A stretch of 64,000 nt of DNA from Eledone cirrhosa (GCA_964016885.1 OZ024747.1:74090001-74154000); one strand, 5' to 3'. Positions 33,951 to 46,418 are shown, counted from the first letter of the stretch. Made by a program: numbers and translations. The notes: generated by a model not told the origin, from the letters alone.

Positions 33951-34950
33951 AAGCGTATTGTTCATTCCTGGTGGGATGCTGGGAATGCGGACCTTTACTG
34001 TCCTTTTACACATGTAGGACGGATGCATGATAATGCGTTCCGTTCTGCAGGGGCTCACCGAGTACTTAATAGCGAGGGCCTCGGTTTTGAACAGTACCGA
34101 GATGGTACCGAACTGTTTGCCTCTTGCTTTATACTCTATGTTACTTCCGATGTACTCCAAAGCAGCCTCGACTTCTGCTTGGCTGGCAAGTTCCCCTTTT
34201 CGTGTCTGCACCGAAATGCATCGAAACTACACCGTCCTTCTTTGCATGGCCGCTATTGCCTCGTCCGGGATGGTCAGGTTTGCCCAGGACTTCCACGCTT
34301 GGGCCAACTGTTCGTCTTTATCGCTAATATAAATATCAATATTCAATAAGCGCTTTGTTTTTGCTGCTGCTGCTGCAGCAAATGTGGTGCTTCTGATGCT
34401 CTTGTTGGTGTCGTCATTCTTGCTGTTGTTATTGGTGTTGTTGTTGTTGTTTTGTTTGTTGACGCTGTTGCCACCGCCATCCGTGTTTATATTGAAGCTG
34501 TCGGTGTTATTGTCGTTATTGCTCTGAGTTGTTGTTGTTGTGGTGGTGGTGGCTGTGGGGGGGGGGGGATGATGTCGTTTTCAGATGATACTGCTGCTAT
34601 CACAGAAGGTTGTGATGGTAGCTTTTGAGTTTTGCCTTCACAATCAGTAGCGTGGACGACAGACATGACTGTAGCAGTCGTAGTCGTGGTGAAATCTACA
34701 GTGGCTGCCTTTATACTTTTGACCTGAACGTTGTTTACCGTTTCAAGGTCGAAAATGTCCATTTGGGGGGGGGCTGAATTTTTTCGAAGTTTTTTAAAAT
34801 AAATCTGAATATTCGGGCTTAAAGCCCGAATATTGAGAGGTATTCATCTCTTTAAATCAAGATATGTACCTTAAGTTTAGTTAACGACAAGAAAATACAA
34901 AAAATGACACTTTAAAACAGCTTAAAGTTACGAAGCTTTTCCCCCGTAGA
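33951..34950 (-). mobile_element. Probable 5' part (UTR + ORF1) of a Tx1-like element
   Basis: Minus-strand ORF pieces MDIFDLETVNN... (low complexity) and ...RGKQFGTISVLFKTEALAIKYS...RTVKVRIPSIPP resemble an ORF1 RRM-like region. It interrupts family C. Confidence 0.55.
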
Positions 34951-34960
34951 TTTGTACAAT

Positions 34961-35155
34961 AATAATTGTTTCTACTTTTGGCACAAGGTCAGGAATTATT
35001 TCAGTGTATTACTGGTACTTTATTTCATCGACCCCCGTAAGGATGAAAGGCAAAGTTAACCTCGGCAGTATTTGAACTCTGACCATAAAGGGCCGTAACG
35101 CTCTGCTGCAACGCAAAGCGTCCGACTCTCTACCGATTCTGCCAATCCACCAGCC
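34961..35155 (-). mobile_element. SINE S1
   Basis: Reverse complement of the S1 consensus. TTTGTACAATAATAAT flanks both sides (TSD-like). Confidence 0.87.
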
Positions 35156-35177
35156 TTTGTACAATAATAATAATAAA

Positions 35178-35636
35178 GAAACCGATCAGATGAAGGTGCT
35201 ATGGGATGTTAGGATACAGACGGACAAGAAATTAGAACACAATAGGCCTGACCTGGTGGTTTTGGACAAGGAAAAAATATCGTGCCTGATTGTAGATGTA
35301 GCCTGCCCATTTGACACGAGAGTGCAAGAAAAGGTGAGGGAGAATATTAACGGAGACCAGGATTTAAAGTGGGAGTTTAAAAGGATTTGGAACTGCCATG
35401 AAATCAGAGTCGTCCCGATTGTCATAGGAGCACTAGGTACTATCTCAAAGAGTTTCCAAGGATGATTAAAGAAAGTTAGTCCAGCCCCGCTTATTGGAAC
35501 ATTTCAAAAGGCATGCTTGCTGGGAACAGCAAGAACCCTCCAATACGTCCTGAATGTCTGAGGCTGCAGGTAGCGGCTTGATATTCATTTCAACAAACTT
35601 TCCAGTTAAATAACATCAATGACTGAGACTCAAAGA
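35178..35636 (+). mobile_element. Diverged family B 3' fragment (B4)
   Basis: [23 protein letters not shown]...PIVIGALG, B-type 3'UTR, (AAT)n on both sides. Confidence 0.9.
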
Positions 35637-35814
35637 ACAATAATAATAATAATAATAATAATAATATACAGTTAAGTGCATGGAACCTGGCTGTGATAAC
35701 GACATCTGTAGGTCCACCTAATCGACGAGTAAATAATATCATATATGTGTATGCGTATGTGTGTGTATGTGTGTGTGTACTTTTGTGTGCGCTTGTGTAC
35801 CTGTGTCTGTTATG

Positions 35815-35930
35815 TGTGTATTATATTGATAAGATCAGAAAATTAATTCCCGACGCGAATGTTTCGCTTAAACAAATTTACAATGCTGATGAAACGTGAT
35901 CATTGTGGCGAAACATTGCAGATAAGTAAA
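35815..35930 (+). pseudogene. pogo/Tigger DDE transposase remnant
   Basis: IDKIRKLIPDANVSLKQIYNADET*SLWR resembles the pogo motif QIYNADETGLFW. Confidence 0.5.
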
Positions 35931-36540
35931 ATAAACCTTCCAACGTTAAATAATCTAAATAAATATATATAAGAACATTTAACCCCTCATACAGGCTGAG
36001 ACCCAGTTGTCAACAGGTGATATGGATTACACTGATATAAGATGTAAGATATAAGATCGATCGATTTCTTTCCTTTCACGCTGACAAAAACATAACAGAG
36101 CGTATGTGCTGTGTACGCAATCTCGAACACCGAACATAGTAAAGTTGTCAATCTAGTTATTGGAAGAAAAGCAAATACGAGTAAACTTGTGCTGGTTGAT
36201 GTAAGCGACTCTTTGAGTGGCTGAATGTTTTATAACTGTGAACTATAGCAATATTACATTCTGTCTGTTTGTTTGTAAATGGCTGCGACATATTGCTAGT
36301 GGGTCAGGATGAACATTTTCAACAATGTTCTTTTTTATGAATTACTAGAAAATGAATTGATCTAAGCTTTATATATGTAGAGAGAACTGGATTAAAAAAT
36401 AAATGCATCAAATCAGTTATTTGAAATATGTTTAATATTTCAAAGTACAGTGTAAACGCACTCGCGCACGTGCGCGCACACCCACACCCTCACACGCGCA
36501 CACGCACACACATACTCGCACACACGCACGGACACACACG

Positions 36541-36642
<102 letters not shown>

Positions 36643-36677
36643 TATTTATATATATATATATTTATATATATATTTAT

Positions 36678-37422
36678 AAGAAGGAAGTACAGCATAATCG
36701 CAGCCCTGGTTGCAGCAAGCTAACGAATGCAGTCGGGATGTGCAGCTAAAGCACGCAATAAGGAATTTTACCTTAGAGTTATAACATTACGTTTAGACAG
36801 CTGTGCAAATTGAAGACAGCGACCGCCAAGCGACCCGCTGGGACCAGAAAAACGAAAATACCGACTCAGGAAAATCTTTGACATACCTGGACCATCGTAG
36901 GTTTCTGTAAATCCATTTGCAGAGGCCTGCAAGTTATTGGTTTTGGAAGATAGAACAGTGGAATTTACTTCGTCAACAAGTTTTCGTTCTGCCGCCACCG
37001 GTTGTAAGAACTAGCAGTAAACACCACCAGTAGTCACGTGGTTTATCCGAAGGGAGGTAACCCCCGGTTTTGGCGGTCAAATTCAAAATTTGAACAAAGG
37101 ATTTATATCCTTTACACAAACCGAATAAAAGCTCTCAACTCGATGTTATTAAACAAACATAAACAATTAAACAATCAATAGAATTGTCTAATTAAATTAA
37201 TCAATTAATCATTAAGTCTAGGAGATAAATTCAAGAAGGAAGTACAGCATAATCGAAGCCCTGGTTGCAGCAAGCTAACGAATGTAGACGGGATGTACAG
37301 CTAAAGCACGCAATAAGGAATTTTACCGTAGAGTTATAACATTACGTTTAGACAACTATGCAAATTGAAGACAGCGACCGCCAAGCGAGCCGCTAGGACT
37401 AGAACAACGAAAAACAACGACT
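36678..37422. repeat. Non-coding element of ~555-bp period (about 1.3 units) flanked by (TA)n
   Basis: AAGAAGGAAGTACAGCATAATCG... occurs at 36678 and 37233. The middle part is homologous to 51640-51830. Confidence 0.8.
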
Positions 37423-37427
37423 CATAT

Positions 37428-37527
<100 letters not shown>

Positions 37528-37905
37528 ATATTAAACTTATGCAAAAATCCCGATTTGTGGGGATGTAAGGTGGACAAAACTGGTTGTGGTGGGGCTGATA
37601 AGATTGTTAGAACACAATGTGTCCTTGAAAGAATGGATGGGGTGAGATTCGGCAGTGTGACCATTGTTTTACGATCGTGTCGGAGGGTTGATTGATCGAT
37701 GGAGATCGATTTATCGACTAACATGGAAGTGGTTAAGTTTCTACCTATTTCTCGTCTCGAAATCCCTGTTCAATCGTCTTCTTCAGACGTGCTTCAACTA
37801 AAGGTTGTAGTTATTTATTGTTATTTATAGCTAATCTCGAAATTACCTACCTTTGAAGTGTTCTTGAATAATCTTCAAAAAAGAAATTGCATTCAAACAC
37901 CGGAG

Positions 37906-37962
<57 letters not shown>

Positions 37963-38321
37963 GTATGTATATTATATACAATATATGTTTATATATTTAT
38001 GTGTGTATGTATGTATCGGTATCAGTCACACTCTCTTTGTTCCCTACTCCCTAGATGTAGATGTATGTATGTGATTTATGTGTGAGTGTCTCGTAATTTC
38101 TCTGTGAGAGAACGTATTTATGTGCTATGTACATAAGACTGTATATGTGAAACTAAAACCTGTTTAGATGTGTATTTACCCTTGTTTCCATGTTGATATG
38201 CAAGTACATATGGACGCAGATGCGATTGAGTGTGGATGATTTTGTGTGCATTTACATGTCACACTGTGTATTTAATACATACTATGTACTTACGTAAATA
38301 TATATATTGCCTAACAAGAAG

Positions 38322-38384
<63 letters not shown>

Positions 38385-38389
38385 ATCTC

Positions 38390-38422
<33 letters not shown>

Positions 38423-38426
38423 GTAC

Positions 38427-38470
<44 letters not shown>

Positions 38471-38557
38471 CTATCTATGTACCTATCTCTCTCTAATTAT
38501 CTATGTATCTATCTACCTATCTAGCTCTTTATCTATATATATATATATATATCTACC

Positions 38558-38595
<38 letters not shown>

Positions 38596-38885
38596 ATAAC
38601 TTTCATGCTACATATATATGAAGTATTTTCGTTAAATTTGATTTACTTCCGCCACAGATTTGTCACACGTTATTGAACGTGATCTAGCTAAAACTATCGT
38701 CTCTCAACATGCCAAGTCTTTGCGTACGTGCTAGAAACGAGTTTCTCGGCATATACCTATATAACTTTCCCTTTTATCGTTTCCCAATAAAAATGTGCTG
38801 AAAATATTCAACAAAGTGATTGTTTGGGAATGTATACTGTGAGATATAAGATGCTTCTAGGAAAATCATATATATATATATATAC

Positions 38886-38981
<96 letters not shown>

Positions 38982-39282
38982 TGAAACAAAATGAAAACGA
39001 AATTTCATTTCTCACTCTTAGTATGGCACTTACTTAAATGTAAGTATGCATGTATACGTACATACATATATGTATACAGACGTACAGTAGCATGCACATA
39101 TATATATATATACATATATACATACATATACATACAGGTACACATACATATATGCACGTATCAGTTTAGCGGCGCTTATTATAACGTCGCTTTGTTCGTT
39201 TGTAAACAAACTGAACAGCCTGAATTTATGCCATACGGTGTTAAGGCAACCACGTCACCTTTTTGTTCAACACTGACACAGG

Positions 39283-39327
39283 AACGATGTACTAGTTTCA
39301 AGCTTGTTAGCTATCATCAGCACCGTT
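39283..39327 (-). ncRNA. Type I hammerhead ribozyme (inverted arm)
   Basis: The reverse complement reads AACGGTG-CTGATGA-TAGCTAACAAGCTT-GAAA-CTAG-TA-CATCGTT. Confidence 0.9.
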
Positions 39328-39699
39328 TACCCATCTGCCAGATAGTTGAACGTTCGAAAGTATATACTTTCCTTATGAAAATTAACGGCTGAGCAGCCTA
39401 ATTTGCATATTGAGTGAGTTAAATCGGTCAGGCATACCGAAAACGATAAATTGAAACAAAATGAAAACGAAATTTCATTTCTCACTCTTAGTATGGCACT
39501 TACTTAAATGTAAGTATGCATGTATACGTACATACATATATGTATACAGACGTACAGTAGCATGCACATATATATATATATCGTTTTCGGTATGCCTGAC
39601 CGATTTAACTTACTCAATATGCAAATTAGGCTGCTCAGCCGTTAATTTTCATAAGGAAAGTATATACTTTCGAACGTTCAACTATCTGGCAGATGGGTA

Positions 39700-39744
39700 A
39701 ACGGTGCTGATGATAGCTAACAAGCTTGAAACTAGTACATCGTT
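39700..39744 (+). ncRNA. Type I hammerhead ribozyme, first of 11 (others start at 40170, 40642, 41114, 41586, 42058, 42532, 43004, 43478, 43950, 44422)
   Basis: Stem I AACGGTG/CATCGTT, core CTGATGA, stem II AGCT-AACA-AGCT, GAAA, palindromic stem III ACTAGT, GUA cleavage triplet (cut after 39737). Confidence 0.92.
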
Positions 39745-42700
39745 CCTGTGTCAGTGTTGAACAAAAAGGTGACGTGGTTGCCTTAACACCGTATGGCATA
39801 AATTCAGTCTGTTCAGTTTGTTTACAAACGAACAAAACGACGTTATAATAAGCGCCGCTAAACTGAAACGTGCATATATGTATGTGTACCTGTATGCATA
39901 TGTATGTATATATGTATATATATATATATATGCATGCTACTGTACGTCTGTATACATATATGTATGTACGTATACATGCATACTTACATTTAAATAAGTG
40001 CCATACTAAGAGTGAGAAATGAAATTTCGTTTTCATTTTGTTTCAATTTATCGTTTTCGGTATGCCTGACCGATTTAACTCACTCAATATGCAAATTAGG
40101 CTGCTCAGCCGTTAATTTTCATAAGGAAAGTATATACTTTCGAACGTTCAACTATCTGGCAGATGGGTAAACGGTGCTGATGATAGCTAACAAGCTTGAA
40201 ACTAGTACATCGTTCCTGTGTCAGTGTTGAACAAAAAGGTGACGTGGTTGCCTTAACACCGTATGGCATAAATTCAGGCTGTTCAGTTTGTTTACAAACG
40301 AACAAAGCGACGTTATAATAAGCGCCGCTAAACTGATACGTGCATATATGTATGTGTACCTGTATGCATATGTATGTATATATGTATATATATATATATA
40401 TGTGCATGCTACTGTACGTCTGTATACATATATGTATGTACGTATACATGCATACTTACATTTAAGTAAGTGCCATACTAAGAGTGAGAAATGAAATTTC
40501 GTTTTCATTTTGTTTCAATTTATCGTTTTCGGTATGCCTGACCGATTTAACTCACTCAATATGCAAATTAGGCTGCTCAGCCGTTAATTTTCATAAGGAA
40601 AGTATATACTTTCGAACGTTCAACTATCTGGTAGATGGGTAAACGGTGCTGATGATAGCTAACAAGCTTGAAACTAGTACATCGTTCCTGTGTCAGTGTT
40701 GAACAAAAAGGTGACGTGGTTGCCTTAACACCGTATGGCATAAATTCAGGCTGTTCAGTTTGTTTACAAACGAACAAAGCGACGTTATAATAAGCGCCGC
40801 TAAACTGATACGTGCATATATGTATGTGTACCTGTATGCATATGTATGTATATATGTATATATATATATATATGTGCATGCTACTGTACGTCTGTATACA
40901 TATATGTATGTACGTATACATGCATACTTACATTTAAGTAAGTGCCATACTAAGAGTGAGAAATGAAATTTCGTTTTCATTTTGTTTCAATTTATCATTT
41001 TCGGTATGCCTGACCGATTTAACTCACTCAATATGCAAATTAGGCTGCTCAGCCGTTAATTTTCATAAGGAAAGTATATACTTTCGAACGTTCAACTATC
41101 TGGCAGATGGGTAAACGGTGCTGATGATAGCTAACAAGCTTGAAACTAGTACATCGTTCCTGTGTCAGTGTTGAACAAAAAGGTGACGTGGTTGCCTTAA
41201 CACCGTATGGCATAAATTCAGGCTGTTCAGTTTGTTTACAAACGAACAAAGCGACGTTATAATAAGCGCCGCTAAACTGATACGTGCATATATGTATGTG
41301 TACCTGTATGCATATGTATGTATATATGTATATATATATATATATGTGCATGCTACTGTACGTCTGTATACATATATGTATGTACGTATACATGCATACT
41401 TACATTTAAGTAAGTGCCATACTAAGAGTGAGAAATGAAATTTCGTTTTCATTTTGTTTCAATTTATCGTTTTCGGTATGCCTGACCGATTTAACTCACT
41501 CAATATGCAAATTAGGCTGCTCAGCCGTTAATTTTCATAAGGAAAGTATATACTTTCGAACGTTCAACTATCTGGCAGATGGGTAAACGGTGCTGATGAT
41601 AGCTAACAAGCTTGAAACTAGTACATCGTTCCTGTGTCAGTGTTGAACAAAAAGGTGACGTGGTTGCCTTAACACCGTATGGCATAAATTCAGGCTGTTC
41701 AGTTTGTTTACAAACGAACAAAGCGACGTTATAATAAGCGCCGCTAAACTGATACGTGCATATATGTATGTGTACCTGTATGCATATGTATGTATATATG
41801 TATATATATATATATATATGCATGCTACTGTACGTCTGTATACATATATGTATGTACGTATACATGCATACTTACATTTAAGTAAGTGCCATACTAAGAG
41901 TGAGAAATGAAATTTCGTTTTCATTTTGTTTCAATTTATCGTTTTCGGTATGCCTGACCGATTTAACTCACTCAATATGCAAATTAGGCTGCTCAGCCGT
42001 TAATTTTCATAAGGAAAGTATATACTTTCGAACGTTCAACTATCTGGCAGATGGGTAAACGGTGCTGATGATAGCTAACAAGCTTGAAACTAGTACATCG
42101 TTCCTGTGTCAGTGTTGAACAAAAAGGTGACGTGGTTGCCTTAACACCGTTTGGCATAAATTCAGGCTGTTCAGTTTGTTTACAAACGAACAAAGCGACG
42201 TTATAATAAGCGCCGCTAAACTGATACGTGCATATATGTATGTGTACCTGTATGCATATGTATGTATATATGTATATATATATATATATATATGCATGCT
42301 ACTGTACGTCTGTATACATATATGTATGTACGTATACATGCATACTTACATTTAAGTAAGTGCCATACTAAGAGTGAGAAATGAAATTTCGTTTTCATTT
42401 TGTTTCAATTTATCGTTTTCGGTATGCCTGACCGATTTAACTCACTCAATATGCAAATTAGGCTGCTCAGCCGTTAATTTTCATAAGGAAAGTATATACT
42501 TTCGAACGTTCAACTATCTGGCAGATGGGTAAACGGTGCTGATGATAGCTAACAAGCTTGAAACTAGTACATCGTTCCTGTGTCAGTGTTGAACAAAAAG
42601 GTGACGAGGTTGCCTTAACACCGTATGGCATAAATTCAGGCTGTTCAGTTTGTTTATAAACGAACAAAGCGACGTTATAATAAGCGCCGCTAAACTGATA

Positions 42701-44706
42701 CGTGCATATATGTATGTGTACCTGTATGCATATGTATGTATATATGTATATATATATATATATGTGCATGCTACTGTACGTCTGTATACATATATGTATG
42801 TACGTATACATGCATACTTACATTTAAGTAAGTGCCATACTAAGAGTGAGAAATGAAATTTCGTTTTCATTTTGTTTCAATTTATCGTTTTCGGTATGCC
42901 TGACCGATTTAACTCACTCAATATGCAAATTAGGCTGCTCAGCCGTTAATTTTCATAAGGAAAGTATATACTTTCGAACGTTCAACTATCTGGCAGATGG
43001 GTAAACGGTGCTGATGATAGCTAACAAGCTTGAAACTAGTACATCGTTCCTGTGTCAGTGTTGAACAAAAAGGTGACGTGGTTGCCTTAACACCGTATGG
43101 CATAAATTCAGGCTGTTCAGTTTGTTTACAAACGAACAAAGCGACGTTATAATAAGCGCCGCTAAACTGATACGTGCATATATGTATGTGTACCTGTATG
43201 CATATGTATGTATATATGTGTATATATATATATATATGTGCATGCTACTGTACGTCTGTATACATATATGTATGTACGTATACATGCATACTTACATTTA
43301 AGTAAGTGCCATACTAAGAGTGAGAAATGAAATTTCGTTTTCATTTTGTTTCAATTTATCGTTTTCGGTATGCCTGACCGATTTAACTCACTCAATATGC
43401 AAATTAGGCTGCTCAGCCGTTAATTTTCATAAGGAAAGTATATACTTTCGAACGTTCAACTATCTGGCAGATGGGTAAACGGTGCTGATGATAGCTAACA
43501 AGCTTGAAACTAGTACATCGTTCCTGTGTCAGTGTTGAACAAAAAGGTGACGTGGTTGCCTTAACACCGTATGGCATAAATTCAGGCTGTTCAGTTTGTT
43601 TACAAACGAACAAAGCGACGTTATAATAAGCGCCGCTAAACTGATACGTGCATATATGTATGTGTACCTGTATGCATATGTATGTATATATGTATATATA
43701 TATATATATATGCATGCTACTGTACGTCTGTATACATATATGTATGTACGTATACATGCATACTTACATTTAAGTAAGTGCCATACTAAGAGTGAGAAAT
43801 GAAATTTCGTTTTCATTTTGTTTCAATTTATCGTTTTCGGTATGCCTGACCGATTTAACTCACTCAATATGCAAATTAGGCTGCTCAGCCGTTAATTTTC
43901 ATAAGGAAAGTATATACTTTCGAACGTTCAACTATCTGGCAGATGGGTAAACGGTGCTGATGATAGCTAACAAGCTTGAAACTAGTACATCGTTCCTGTG
44001 TCAGTGTTGAACAAAAAGGTGACGTGGTTGCCTTAACACCGTTTGGCATAAATTCAGGCTGTTCAGTTTGTTTACAAACGAACAAAGCGACGTTATAATA
44101 AGCGCCGCTAAACTGATACGTGCATATATGTATGTGTACCTGTATGCATATGTATGTATATATGTATATATATATATATATATGCATGCTACTGTACGTC
44201 TGTATACATATATGTATGTACGTATACATGCATACTTACATTTAAGTAAGTGCCATACTAAGAGTGAGAAATGAAATTTCGTTTTCATTTTGTTTCAATT
44301 TATCGTTTTCGGTATGCCTGACCGATTTAACTCACTCAATATGCAAATTAGGCTGCTCAGCCGTTAATTTTCATAAGGAAAGTATATACTTTCGAACGTT
44401 CAACTATCTGGCAGATGGGTAAACGGTGCTGATGATAGCTAACAAGCTTGAAACTAGTACATCGTTCCTGTGTCAGTGTTGAACAAAAAGGTGACGAGGT
44501 TGCCTTAACACCGTATGGCATAAATTCAGGCTGTTCAGTTTGTTTATAAACGAACAAAGCGACGTTATAATAAGCGCCGCTAAACTGATACGTGCATATA
44601 TGTATGTGTACCTGTATGCATATGTATGTATATATGTATATATATATATATATGTGCATGCTACTGTACGTCTGTATACATATATGTATGTACGTATACA
44701 TGCATA

Positions 44707-44773
<67 letters not shown>

Positions 44774-44776
<3 letters not shown>

Positions 44777-45226
44777 AAGTTATATTTAAAATTGTTGGGT
44801 TACAACTAGTAAATATTTATAACTGATATAAAAGCACTCGACAAATATTTGGAGTATATTTACAATATTAAATAAATGGAAAACTATATTTATAAAACCA
44901 TATTTATTTCATTATATATATTTCGGGGATATCATATTAACAATATGCTATGCCTTCATCAGACAAAATACAATATAAACAGTTTTATAGATAAATATAT
45001 TCGACATACCGTAATAAACATCAACTTCATTTGAAGAGGACTGCTAGCGTAAACCTCTTCAAATGAAGTTGATGTTTATTACGGTATGTCGAATATATTT
45101 ATCTATAAAACTGTTTATATTGTATTTTGTCTGATGAAGGCATAGCATATTGTTAATATGATATCCCCGAAATATATATAATGAAATAAATATGGTTTTA
45201 TAAATATAGTTTTCCATTTATTTAAT

Positions 45227-45232
<6 letters not shown>
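44774..45232. mobile_element. Fold-back element (family P3), 179-bp arms, one hammerhead per arm
   Basis: 44861-45039 is the reverse complement of 45054-45232 with a 14-nt spacer, plus an extra tail at 44774-44860. Flanked by (TA)n. Confidence 0.88.
45123..45188 (+). ncRNA. Type I hammerhead ribozyme (mirror copy on - strand at 44905-44970)
   Basis: TATTTTGT-CTGATGA-AGGCATAGCATATTGTTAATATGATATCCCC-GAAA-TATATA-TA-ATGAAATA. Stem I pairs with two G-U. Confidence 0.8.
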
Positions 45233-45287
<55 letters not shown>

Positions 45288-45327
45288 ATATGTATATATA
45301 TATATACATACATATATATATATATAT

Positions 45328-45413
45328 ATAACGAAGGAGTTGTGGTAAGGAACCAGATGGACCATAACGCACCAGAGTACTCAATACTTAGTGTAGTAGA
45401 GTGGGTAATAGGA
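45328..45413. mobile_element. P1 tail fragment
   Basis: ATAACGAAGGAGTTGTGGTAAGGAACCAGATGGACC... matches the 5561 copy. Confidence 0.8.
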
Positions 45414-45880
45414 AAATGTATACCACTCGTATACTTATCTTAAAATATTGTTTTATCGACATAAACACAGGCACATAGACATGAATATATACATCCATAT
45501 ATATATACATACACACTTCCGTCTAACAAGTAACATTGATATGGTATAGATGAAACAGTTGCTATAGTAGAAGACACTTACTAGCGGCGAAAGGAGGCGG
45601 GACTCAACCAACGGCCATGTGACTCCGGAGCGAACTATTCAACCAAGTAATTTCTACCTCGAATCTGTATATAGTAACTGTGGTCGTGGAATTGATTACA
45701 AAACAAAATTAAAATAGACCTATCAAATTGCAACTCTTCCTTTAAACCTGTAGTAATAATATCGAAAACAGCCGCTCTATCTATTTCGTTCTCTTTCTCC
45801 ACTTCTGTCAGGAGTCTTTACTTTTGTAGGAAAATCCTAGAGCATCAAATAAGACAAGGAACTAAATATTATTATATTTG

Positions 45881-46073
45881 AGGGCGGTGGATTGGCAGTA
45901 TCAGTAGAGGTTCAGACGCCATGCTTTGCAGCAAAGATTTACGGCCCTTTATGGTCTGAGTTCAAATCCCACCGAGGTTAACTTTGACTTTCATCCTTAC
46001 GGGGTCTATAAAATAAAGTACCAGTAATATGCTGGGATAATTGCTGGCCTTGTGCCAAAAGTAAAAACAATTA
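45881..46073 (+). mobile_element. SINE S1
   Basis: Full-length match to the other copies. Confidence 0.88.
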
Positions 46074-46212
46074 TATTTTGACAGAAATCTTGCGAAACAA
46101 CTGTACCGAAATAACTCCATATGCTAGTGTAATATTTCTTTCTAAATTAAAATCTCTTTACAGATATTGAGTGCATTCCAAATTTCGGTATTCTTTACCA
46201 CTCTCCTCTCCG

Positions 46213-46257
<45 letters not shown>

Positions 46258-46260
<3 letters not shown>

Positions 46261-46396
46261 AGGTTCAGGACACCAATGGTTCAGGAAAATATTCAGGGGT
46301 CCTCAACCTTTTCCTATTACCCACTCTACTACCCAAAGTATCGAGTACTCTGGTTTGTTATGGTCCACCTGGTTCCTTACCACATTTCCTTCATTA
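46258..46396. mobile_element. P1-related tail with a short inverted segment, in (TA)n
   Basis: CCTATTACCCACTCTACTACCC...CCACATTTCCTTC. GAAAAGGTTCAGGAC pairs with GTCCTCAACCTTTTC. Confidence 0.7.
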
Positions 46397-46418
46397 TATA
46401 TATATATACTGGTGGATA

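Larger units (their letters stand above)
38976..44710. mobile_element. Hammerhead-ribozyme tandem array (472-bp unit), retrozyme-like: ~1.3 inverted units then ~10.9 direct units
   Basis: Unit period 470-474 bp, inversion junction at ~39580, (TA)n at both outer ends, no credible ORF, one hammerhead per unit. Confidence 0.93.

Noticed and set aside
37740-37800. Minus-strand CTGAAGA as a hammerhead core
   Set aside because: No GAAA with a compatible stem II and no matching stem I partner.
38991-44701. Repeated 95-133 aa ORFs in the 472-bp array (MKTKFHFS..., ...LMKING)
   Set aside because: They run through TA/CA microsatellite, change frame with repeat length, have no domain motifs and are mostly antisense to the ribozyme.
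39580-44710. CRISPR-like array
   Set aside because: The units are near-identical over their whole length with no unique spacers. There are no cas genes and the context is eukaryotic.
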